Shown here in pieces: positions 52,001 through 64,000 of a stretch of 64,000 bases of DNA. This stretch comes from Eledone cirrhosa. Taxonomy: Eukaryota. The number at the start of each line of letters is the position of its first letter. Position 1 is the first letter of the stretch. Location of the stretch: NCBI GenBank assembly GCA_964016885.1, contig OZ024747.1, positions 43,276,001 to 43,340,000 of the forward strand. The letters are read 5' to 3'. The notes under the pieces were generated by a model. That model made no database searches and was not told the origin of the DNA. It worked only from the letters and a program-made list of their open reading frames with translations. The position numbers and the translations under genes were made by a program.

Positions 52001-55000
52001 GTATTACAACTTACTTGTTAGTAACTAACTTACACATAGAATCCAGCTGCTGTATTACAACTTATTTGTTAGTAACTATCTTACTCATAGAATCCAGCTG
52101 CTGTATTACAACTTATTTGTTAGTAACTATCTTACACATAGAATCCAGCTGCTGTATTACAACTTATTTGTTAGTAACTATCTTACACATAGAATCCAGC
52201 TGCTGTATTACAACTTACTTGTTAGTAACTAACTTACACATAGAATCCAGCTGCTGTATTACAACTTATTTGTTAGTAACTATCTTACTCATAGAATCCA
52301 GCTGCTGTATTACAACTTATTTGTTAGTAACTATCTTACACATAGAATCCAGCTGCTGTATTACAACTTATTTGTTAGTAACTATCTTACTCATAGAATC
52401 CAGCTGTTGTATTACATCTTATTTGTTAGTAACTATCTTACTCACAGAATCCAGCTGCTGTATTACATCTTATTTGTTAGTAACTATCTTACTCACAGAA
52501 TCCAGCTGCTGTATTACATCTTATTTGTTAGTTACTATCTTACTCACAGAATCCAGCTGCTGTATTACATCTGATATGTTAGTAACTATCTTACTCACAG
52601 AATCCAGCTGCTGTATTACATCTTATTTGTTAGTAACTATCTTACTCACAGAATCCAGCTGCTGTATTACATCTTATTTGTTAGTAACTATCTTACTCAC
52701 AGAATCCAGCTGCTGTATTACATCTTATTTGTTAGTAACAATCTTACTCACAGAATCCAGCTGCTGTATTACATCTTATTTGTTAGTAACTATCTTACTC
52801 ATAGAATCCAGCTGCTGTATTACATCTTATTTGTTAGTAACTATCTTACTCACAGAATCCAGCTGCTGTATTACATCTTATTTGATAGTAACTATCTTAC
52901 TCATAGAATCCAGCTACTGTATTACATCTTATTTGTTAGTAACTATCTTACTCACAGAATCCAGCTGCTGCATTACATCTTATTTGTTAGTAACTATCTT
53001 ACTCATAGAATCCAGCTGCTCTATTACATCTTATTTGTTAGTAACTATCTTACTTATAGAATCCAGCTGCTGTATTACATATTATTTGCTAGTACCTAAC
53101 TTACTCATAGAATCCAGCTGCTCTATTACATCTTATTTGTTAGTAACTATCTTACTTACAGAATCCAGCTGCTGTATTACATCTTATTTGTTAGTAACTA
53201 TCTTACTCATAGAATCCAGCTGCTCTATTACATCTTATTTATTAATAACTATCTTACTCACAGAATCCAGCTGCTCTATGACATCTTATTTGTTAGTGAC
53301 TATCTTACTCACAGAATCCAGCTGCTGTATTACATCTTATTTGTTAGTACCTAACTTACTCATAGAATCCAGCTGCTCTATTACATCTTATTTGTTAGTA
53401 ACTATCCTAATCATAGAATCCAGCTACTGTATTACATCTTATTTGTTAGTAACTATCTTACTCACAGAATCCAGCTGCTGTATTACATCTTATTTGTTAG
53501 TTACTATCTTACTCACAGAATCCAGCTGCTGTATTACATCTGATATGTTAGTAACTATCTTACTCACAGAATACAGCTGCTGTATTACATCTTATTTGTT
53601 AGTAACTATCTTACTCACAGAATCCAGCTGCTGTATTACATCTTATTTGTTAGTAACTATCTTACTCACAGAATCCAGCTGCTGTATTACATCTTATTTG
53701 TTAGTAACAATCTTACTCACAGAATCCAGCTGCTGTATTACATGTTAGTTGTTAGTAAATATCGTACTCATAGAATCCAGCTGCTGTATTACATCTTATT
53801 TGTTAGTAACTATCTTACTCACAGAATCCAGCTGCTGTATTACATCTTATTTGATAGTAACTATCTTACTCATAGAATCCAGCTACTGTATTACATCTTA
53901 TTTGTTAGTAACTATCTTACTCACAGAATCCAGCTGCTGCATTACATCTTATTTGTTAGTAACTATCTTACTCATAGAATCCAGCTGCTCTATTACATCT
54001 TATTTGTTAGTAACTATCTTACTTATAGAATCCAGCTGTTGTATTACATCTTATTTGTTAGTACCTAACTTACTCATAGACTCCAGCTGCTCTATTACAT
54101 CTTATTTGTTAGTAACTATCTTACTTACAGAATCCAGCTGCTGTATTACATCTTATTTGTTAGTAACTATCTTACTCACAGAATCCAGCTGCTGTATTAC
54201 ATCTTATTTGTTAGTAATTATCTTACTCATAGAATCCAGCTGCTGTATTACATCTTATTTGTTAGTAACTATCTTACTTATAGAATCCAGCTGCTGTATT
54301 ACATCTTTTTTGTTAGTAACTATCTTACTTACAGAATCCAGCTGCTGTATTACATCTTATTTGTTAGTAACTATCTTACACATAGAATCCAGCTGCTGTA
54401 TTACAACTTATTTGTTAGTAACTATCTTACTTACAGAATCCAGCTGCTGTATTACATCTTATTTGTTAGTAACTATCTTACACATAGAATCCAGCTGCTG
54501 TATTACAACTTATTTGTTAGTAACTATCTTACTCACAGAATCCAGCTGCTGTATTACATCTTATTTGTTAGTAACTATCTTACACATAGAATGCAGCTGC
54601 TTTATTACAACTTACTTGTTAGTAACTATCTTACACATAGAATCCAGCTGCTGTATTACAACTTATTTGTTAGTAACTATCTTACTCATAGAATCCAGCA
54701 GCTGTATTACATCTTATTTGTTAGTAATTATCTTACTCACAGAATCCAGCTGCTGTATTACATCTTATTTGTTAGTAACTATCTTACTCACAGAATCCAG
54801 CTGCTGTATTACATCTTATTTGTTAGTAACTATCTTACTCATAGAATCCAGCTGCTGTATTACATCTTATTTGTTAGGAACTATCTTACTTATAGAATCC
54901 AGCTGCTGTATTACATCTTTTTTGTTAGTAACTATCCTACTCATAGAATCCAGCTAGTGTATTACATCTTATTTGTTAGAAACTATCTTACACATAGAAT

Positions 55001-58000
55001 CCGGCTGCTGTATTACAACTTATTTGTTAGTAACTATCTTACTCATAGAATCCAGCTGCTGTATTACATCTTATTTGTTAGTAACTATCTTACTCACAGA
55101 ATCCAGCTGCTGTATTACATCTTATTTGATAGTAACTATCTTACTCATAGAATCCAGCTACTGTATTACATCTTATTTGTTAGTAACTATCTTACTCACA
55201 GAATCCAGCTGCTGCATTACATCTTATTTGTTAGTAACTATCTTACTCATAGAATCCAGCTGCTCTATTACATCTTATTTGTTAGTAACTATCTTACTTA
55301 TAGAATCCAGCTGCTGTATTACATCTTATTTGTTAGTACCTAACTTACTCATAGAATCCAGCTGCTGTATTACATCTTATTTGTTAGTAACTATCTTACT
55401 TACAGAATCCAGCTGCTGTATTACATCTTATTTGTTAGTAACTATCTTACTTACAGAATCCAGCTGCTGTATTACATCTTATTTGTTAGTAACTATCTTA
55501 CTCATAGAATCCAGCTGCTGTATTACATCTTATTTGTTAGTAACTATCTTACTTATAGAATCCAGCTGCTGTATTACAACTTTTTTGTTAGTAACTATCT
55601 TACTTACAGAATCCAGCTGCTGTAATACATCTTATTTGTTAGTAACTATCTTACACATAGAATCCAGCTGCTGTATTACAACTTATTTGTTAGTAACTAT
55701 CTTACACATAGAATCCAGCTGCTGTATTACAACTTACTTGTTAGTAACTAACTTACACATAGAATCCAGCTGCTGTATTACAACTTATTTGTTAGTAACT
55801 ATCTTACTCATAGAATCCAGCTGCTGTATTACAACTTATTTGTTAGTAACTATCTTACACATAGAATCCAGCTGCTGTATTACAACTTATTTGTTAGTAA
55901 CTATCTTACTCATAGAATCCAGCTGTTGTATTACATCTTATTTGTTAGTAACTATCTTACTCACAGAATCCAGCTGCTGTATTACATCTTATTTGTTAGT
56001 AACTATCTTACTCCAGAATCCAGCTGCTGTATTACATCTTATTTGTTAGTAACTATCTTACTCATAAAATCCAGCTGCTGTATTACATCTTATTTGTTAG
56101 TAACTATCTTACTCACAGAATCCAGCTGCTGTATTACATCTTTTTTGTTAGTAACTATCCTACTCATAGAATCCAGCTACTGTATTACATCTTATTTGTT
56201 AGTAACTATCTTACTCACAGAATCCAGCTGCTGTATTACATCTTATTTGTTAGTTACTATCTTACTCACAGAATCCAGCTGCTGTATTACATCTGATATG
56301 TTAGTAACTATCTTACTCACAGAATCCAGCTGCTGTATTACATCTTATTTGTTAGTAACTATCTTATCACAGAATCCAGCTGCTGTATTACATCTTATTT
56401 GTTAGTAACTATCTTACTCACAGAATCCAGCTGCTGTATTACATCTTATTTGTTAGTAACAATCTTACTCACAGAATCCAGCTGCTGTATTACATCTTAT
56501 TTGTTAGTAACTATCTTACTCATAGAATCCAGCTGCTGTATTACATCTTATTTGTTAGTAACTATCTTACTCACAGAATCCAGCTGCTGTATTACATCTT
56601 ATTTGATAGTAACTATCTTACTCATAGAATCCAGCTACTGTATTACATCTTATTTGTTAGTAACTATCTTACTCACAGAATCCAGCTGCTGCATTACATC
56701 TTATTTGTTAGTAACTATCTTACTCATAGAATCCAGCTGCTCTATTACATCTTATTTGTTAGTAACTATCTTACTTATAGAATCCAGCTGCTGTATTACA
56801 TATTATTTGCTAGTACCTAACTTACTCATAGAATCCAGCTGCTCTATTACATCTTATTTGTTAGTAACTATCTTACTTACAGAATCCAGCTGCTGTATTA
56901 CATCTTATTTGTTAGTAACTATCTTACTCATAGAATCCAGCTGCTCTATTACATCTTATTTATTAATAACTATCTTACTCACAGAATCCAGCTGCTCTAT
57001 GACATCTTATTTGTTAGTGACTATCTTACTCACAGAATCCAGCTGCTGTATTACATCTTATTTGTTAGTACCTAACTTACTCATAGAATCCAGCTGCTCT
57101 ATTACATCTTATTTGTTAGTAACTATCCTAATCATAGAATCCAGCTACTGTATTACATCTTATTTGTTAGTAACTATCTTACTCACAGAATCCAGCTGCT
57201 GTATTACATCTTATTTGTTAGTTACTATCTTACTCACAGAATCCAGCTGCTGTATTACATCTGATATGTTAGTAACTATCTTACTCACAGAATCCAGCTG
57301 CTGTATTACATCTTATTTGTTAGTAACTATCTTACTCACAGAATCCAGCTGCTGTATTACATCTTATTTGTTAGTAACTATCTTACTCACAGAATCCAGC
57401 TGCTGTATTACATCTTATTTGTTAGTAACAATCTTACTCACAGAATCCAGCTGCTGTATTACATGTTAGTTGTTAGTAAATATCGTACTCATAGAATCCA
57501 GCTGCTGTATTACATCTTATTTGTTAGTAACTATCTTACTCACAGAATCCAGCTGCTGTATTACATCTTATTTGATAGTAACTATCTTACTCATAGAATC
57601 CAGCTACTGTATTACATCTTATTTGTTAGTAACTATCTTACTCACAGAATCCAGCTGCTGCATTACATCTTATTTGTTAGTAACTATCTTACTCATAGAA
57701 TCCAGCTGCTCTATTACATCTTATTTGTTAGTAACTATCTTACTTATAGAATCCAGCTGTTGTATTACATCTTATTTGTTAGTACCTAACTTACTCATAG
57801 ACTCCAGCTGCTCTATTACATCTTATTTGTTAGTAACTATCTTACTTACAGAATCCAGCTGCTGTATTACATCTTATTTGTTAGTAACTATCTTACTCAC
57901 AGAATCCAGCTGCTGTATTACATCTTATTTGTTAGTAATTATCTTACTCATAGAATCCAGCTGCTGTATTACATCTTATTTGTTAGTAACTATCTTACTT

Positions 58001-61000
58001 ATAGAATCCAGCTGCTGTATTACATCTTTTTTGTTAGTAACTATCTTACTTACAGAATCCAGCTGCTGTATTACATCTTATTTGTTAGTAACTATCTTAC
58101 ACATAGAATCCAGCTGCTGTATTACAACTTATTTGTTAGTAACTATCTTACTTACAGAATCCAGCTGCTGTATTACATCTTATTTGTTAGTAACTATCTT
58201 ACACATAGAATCCAGCTGCTGTATTTCAACTTATTTGTTAGTAACTATCTTACTCACAGAATCCAGCTGCTGTATTACATCTTATTTGTTAGTAACTATC
58301 TTACACATAGAATCCAGCTGCTTTATTACAACTTACTTGTTAGTAACTATCTTACACATAGAATCCAGCTGCTGTATTACAACTTATTTGTTAGTAACTA
58401 TCTTACTCATAGAATCCAGCTGCTGTATTACATCTTATTTGTTAGTAACTATCTTACACCAGAATCCAGCTGCTGTATTACATCTTATTTGTTAGTAACT
58501 ATCTTACTCATAGAATCCAGCTGCTGTATTACGTCTTATTTGTTAGTAACTATCTTACTCACAGAATCCAGCTGCTGTATTACATCTTATTTGTTAGTAA
58601 CTATCTTACACATAGAATCCAGCTGCTGTATTACATCTTATTTGTTAGTAACTATCTTACACCAGAATCCAGCTGCTGTATTACATCTTATTTGTTAGTA
58701 ACTAACTTACTCATAGAATCCAGCTGCTGTATTACATCTTATTTGTTAGTAACTATCTTACTCACAGAATCCAGCTGCTGTATTACATCTTATTTGTTAG
58801 TAACTATCTTACACCAGAATCCAGCTGCTGTATTACATCTTATTTGATAGTAACTATCTTACTCATAGAATCCAGCTGCTGTATTAAATCTTATTTGTTA
58901 GTAACTATCTTACTCACAGAATCCAACTGCTGTATTACATCTTTTTTGTTAGTAACTATCCTACTCATAGAATCCAGCTACTGTATTACATCTTATTTGT
59001 TAGTAAATATCTTACTCACAGAATCCAGCTGCTGTATTACATCTTATATGTTAGTAACTATCTTACTCACAGAATCCAGCTGCTGTATTACATCTTATTT
59101 GTTAGTAACTATCTTACTCACAGAATCCAGCTGCTGTATTACATCTTATTTGTTAGTAACTATCTTACTCACAGAATCCAGCTGCTGTACTACATCTTAT
59201 TTGTTAGTAACTATCTTACTCACAGAATCCAGCTGCTGTATTACATCTTATTTGTTAGTAACTATCTTACTCACAGAATCCAGCTCTCTGTATTACATCT
59301 TATTTGTTAGTAACTATCTTACTCATAGAATCCAGCTGCTGTATTACATCTTATTTGTTAGTAACTATCTTACAGAATCCAGCTGCTGTATTACATCTTA
59401 TTTGTTAGTATCTTACTCCCAGAATCCAGCTGCTGTATTACATCTTATTTGTTAGTAACTATCTTACTCATAGAATCCAGCTGCTGTATTACATCTTATT
59501 TGTTAGTAACTATCTTACTCACAGAATCCAGCTGCTGTATTACATCTTATTTGATAGTAACTATCTTACTCATAGAATCCAGCTGCTCTATTACATCTTA
59601 TTTGTTAGTAACTATCTTACACCAGAATCCAGCTGCTGTATTACATTTTATTTGTTAGTAACTATCTTACTCACAGAATCCAGCTGTTGTATTACAACTT
59701 ATTTGTTAGTAACTATCTTACTCATAGAATCCAGCTGCTGTATTAAATCTTATTTGTTAGTAACTATCTTACTCACAGAATCCAGCTGCTGTATTACATC
59801 TTTTTTGTTAGTAACTATCCTACTCATAGAATCCAGCTACTGTATTACATCTTATTTGTTAGTAACTATCTTACTCACAGAATCCAGCTGCTGTATTACA
59901 TCTTATTTGTTAGTAACTATCTTATTCATAGAATCCAGCTGCTGTATTACATCTTATTTGTTAGTAACTATCTTACTCACAGAATCCAGCTGCTGTATTT
60001 CATCTTATGTGATAGTAACTATCTTACTCATAGAATCCAGCTACTGTATTACATCTTATTTGTTAGTAACTATCTTACTCACAGAATCCAGCTGCTGCAT
60101 TACATCTTATTTGCTAGTAACTATCTTACTCATAGAATCCAGCTGCTCTATTACATCTTATTTGTTAGTAACTATCATACTTATAGAATCCAGCTGCTGT
60201 ATTACATCTTATTTGTTAATAACTATCTTACTCACAGAATCCAGCTGCTGTATTACATCTTTTTTGTTAGTAACTATCCTACTCATAGAATCCAGCTACT
60301 GTATTACATCTTATTTGTTAGTAACTATCTTACTCACAGAATCCAGCTGCTGTATTACATCTTATTTGTTAGTAACTATCTTACTCACAGAATCCAGGTG
60401 CTGTATTACATCTTATTTGTTAGTAACTATCTTACTCACAGAATCCATCTGCTGTATTATATCTTATTTGTTAGTAACTATCTTACTCACAGAATCCAGC
60501 TGCTGTATTACATCTTACTTGTTAGTAACTATCTTACTCATAGAATCCAGCTGCTGTATTACATCTTATTTGTTAGTAACTATCTTACTTATAGAATCCA
60601 GCTACTGTATTACATCTTATTTGTTATTAACTATCTTACTCACAGAATCCAGCTGCTGTATTACATCTTATTTGTTAGTAACTATCTTACTCACAGAATC
60701 CAGCTGCTGTATTACATCTTATTTGTTAGTAACTATCTTACTCACAGAATCCAGCTGCTGTATTACATCTTATTTGTTAGTAACTATCTTACTCACAGAA
60801 TCCAGCTGCTGTATTACATCTTACTTGTTAGTAACTATCTTACTCATAGAATCCAGCTGCTGTATTACATCTTATTTGTTAGTAACTATCTTACTTATAG
60901 AATCCAGCTGCTGTATTACATCTTATTTGTTAGTAACTATCTTACTCACAGAATCCAGCTGCTGTATTACATCTTATTTGTTAGTAACTATCTTACTCAC

Positions 61001-64000
61001 AGAATCCAGCTGCTGTATTACATCTTATTTGTTAGTAACTATCTTACTCATAGAATCCAGCTGCTGTATTCCATCTTTTTGTTAGTAACTATCTTACTTA
61101 CAGAATCCAGCTGCTGTATTACATCTTTTTTGTTAGTAACTATCCTACTCATAGAATCCAGCTGCTGTATTACATCTTATTTGTTAGTAACTATCTTACA
61201 CATAGAATCCAGCTGCTGTATTACAACTTACTTGTTAGTAACTATCTTACACATAGAATCCAGCTGCTGTATTACAACTTATTTGTTAGTAACTATCTTA
61301 CACATAGAATCCAGCTGCTGTATTACATCTTATTTGTTAGTAACTATCTTACACATAGAATCCAGCTGCTGTATTACAACTTATTTGTTAGTAACTATCT
61401 TACACATAGAATCCAGCTGCTGTATTACATCTTATTTGTTAGTAACTATCTTACACATAGAATCCAGCTGCTGTATTACAACTTACTTGTTAGTAACTAT
61501 CTTACACATAGAATCCAGCTGCTGTATTACAACTTATTTGTTAGTAACTATCTTACTCATAGAATCCAGCTGCTGTATTACATCTTATTTGTTAATAACT
61601 ATCTTACTCACACAATCCAGCTGCTGTATTACATCTTATTTGTTAGTAACTATCTTACTCATAGAATCCAGCTGCTGTATTCCATCTTTTTGTTAGTAAC
61701 TATCTTACTTACAGAATCCAGCTGCTGTATTACATCTTTTTTGTTAGTAACTATCTTACTCACAGAATCCAGCTGCTGTATTACATCTTATTTGTTAGTA
61801 ACTATCTTACTCATAGAATCCAGCTACTGTATTACATCTTATTTGTTAGTAACTATCTTTCTCATAGAATCCAGCTGCTGTATTACAACTTATTTGTTAG
61901 TAACTATCTTACACATAGAATCCAGCTGCTGTATTACATCTTATTTGTTAGTAACTATCTTACACATAGAATCCAGCTGCTGTATTACAACTTATTTGTT
62001 AGTAACTATCTTACACATAGAATCCAGCTGCTGTATTACATCTTATTTGTTAGTAACTATCTTACACATAGAATCCAGCTGCTGTATTACAACTTATTTG
62101 TTAGTAACTATCTTACTTATAGAATCCAGCTGCTGTATTACATCTTATTTTTTAATAACTATCTTACTCACACAATCCAGCTGCTGTATTACATCTTTTT
62201 TGTTAGTAACTATCCTACTCATAGAATCCAGCTACTGTATTACATCTTATTTGTTATTAACTATCTTACTCACAGAATCCAGCTGCTGTATTATATCTTA
62301 TTTGTTAGTAACTATCTTACTCACAGAATCCAGCTGCTGTATTACATCTTATTTGTTAGTAACTATCTTACTCACAGAATCCAGCTGCTGTATTACATCT
62401 TACTTGTTAGTAACTATCTTACTCAGAGAATCCAGCTGCTGTATTACATCTTATTTGTTAGTAACTATCTTACTCACAGAATCCAGCTGCTGTATTACAT
62501 CTTATTTGTTAGTAACTATCTTACTCACAGAATCCAGCTGCTGCATTACATCTTATTTGTTAGTAACTATCTTACTCATAAAATCCAGCTGCTCTATTAC
62601 ATCTTATTTGTTAGTAACTATCTTACTTATAGAATCCAGCTGCTGTATTACATCTTATTTGTTAATAACTATCTTACTCACACAATCCAGCTGCTGTATT
62701 ACATCTTTTTTGTTAGTAACTATCCTACTCATAGAATCCAGCTACTGTATTACATCTTATTTGTTATTAACTATCTTACTCACAGAATCCAGCTGCTGTA
62801 TTACATCTTATTTGTTAGTAACTATCTTACTCACAGAATCCAGCTGCTGTATTACATCTTATTTGTTAGTAACTATCTTACTCACAGAATCCAGCTGCTG
62901 TATTACATCTTATTTGTTAGTAACTATCTTACTCACAGAATCCAGCTGCTGTATTACATCTTATTTGTTAGTAACTATCTTACTCACAGAATCCAGCTGC
63001 TGTATTACATCTTACTTGTTAGTAACTATCTTACTCATAGAATCCAGCTGCTGTATTACATCTTTTTTGTTAGTAACTATCTTACTCATAGAATCCAGCT
63101 GCTGTATTCCATCTTTTTGTTAGTAACTATCTTACTTACAGAATCCAGCTGCTGTATTACATCTTTTTTGTTAGTAACTATCCTACTCATAGAATCCAGC
63201 TACTGTATTACATCTTATTTGTTAGTAACTATCTTACTCATAGAATCCAGCTGCTGTATTACAACTTATTTGTTAGTAACTATCTTACACAAAGAATCCA
63301 GCTGCTGTATTACATCTTATTTGTTAGTAACTATCTTACACATAGAATCCAGCTGCTGTATTACAACTTATTTGTTAGTAACTATCTTACACATAGAATC
63401 CAGCTGCTGTATTACATCTTATTTGTTAGTAACTATCTTACACATAGAATCCAGCTGCTGTATTACAACTTACTTGTTAGTAACTATCTTACACATAGAA
63501 TCCAGCTGCTGTATTACAACTTATTTGTTAGTAACTATCATACACATAGAATCCAGCTGCTGTATTACAACTTATTTGTTAGTAACTATCTTACTCATAG
63601 AATCCAGCTGCTGTATTACATCTTATTTGTTAGTAACTATCTTACTCACAGAATCCAGCTGCTGTATTACATCTTATTTGTTAGTAACTATCTTACATCA
63701 GAATCCAGCTGCTGTATTACACCTTATTTGTTAGTAACTATCTTACACATAGAATCCAGCTGCTGTATTAAATTTTATTTGTTAGTAACTATCTTACTCA
63801 CAGTATCCAACTGCTGTATTACATCTTTTTTGTTAGTAACTATCCTACTCATAGAATCCAGCTACTGTATTACATCTTATTTGTTAGTAACTATCTTACT
63901 CACAGAATCCAGCTGCTGTATTACATCTTATTTGTTAGTAACTATCTTACTCACAGAATCCAGCTGCTGTATTACATCTTATTTGTTAGTAACTATCTTA
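34088..64000. repeat. 51-bp satellite array, about 585-590 monomers, open at the right edge
   Basis: Consensus CAYAGAATCCAGCTGCTGTATTACATCTTATTTGTTAGTAACTATCTTACT, head-to-tail. Mostly 0-3 differences per monomer; I saw no insertions or inversions. Confidence 0.99.

Noticed and set aside
34007-63734. Dozens of long ORFs (up to 832 aa) of HRIQLLYYILFVSNYLT / TESSCCITSYLLVTILL repeats
   Set aside because: The 51-bp unit is a multiple of 3 and happens to lack stops in two frames. Frameshifting indels and stops propagate freely, and most starts are not ATG.
34088-64000. CRISPR-like appearance of regular repeats (also 9232-9649)
   Set aside because: No unique spacers; monomers are contiguous; eukaryotic context.

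Overview
AT-rich eukaryotic, probably non-genic or intronic, DNA. The dominant tRNA-derived SINE looks like the one I recall from octopod cephalopods, which is not verified by search. No intact host gene is visible. Positions 1-34 kb are a dense mosaic of (TA)n/(ATT)n microsatellites and TE remnants: several SINE families, a Penelope-like element (PLE) with an RT C-terminus, GIY-YIG and inverted terminal region, an internally deleted L1/Tx1-type LINE, RTE and CRE-type fragments, a non-autonomous Helitron inside a truncated DDE-transposase element, a hAT-like MITE and two nested piggyBac-like MITE pairs. From about 34.09 kb to the window end runs an uninterrupted 51-bp satellite (about 585-590 monomers) with layered higher-order repeats. 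The long ORFs there are repeat artefacts. The most notable observations are: (i) hammerhead ribozyme motifs at TA-targeted, fold-back-capped insertions, one with a canonical core and a branched stem II; (ii) an 11x38-bp minisatellite made of the hammerhead-like module of a PLE end, suggesting reiterative reverse transcription; (iii) a CORE-SINE-containing structured element ending in a 109-nt G-U-biased hairpin plus TTTT; (iv) a satellite monomer whose minus strand carries GTAAGA, TACTAAC, a TAAT half-site and CAG motifs.
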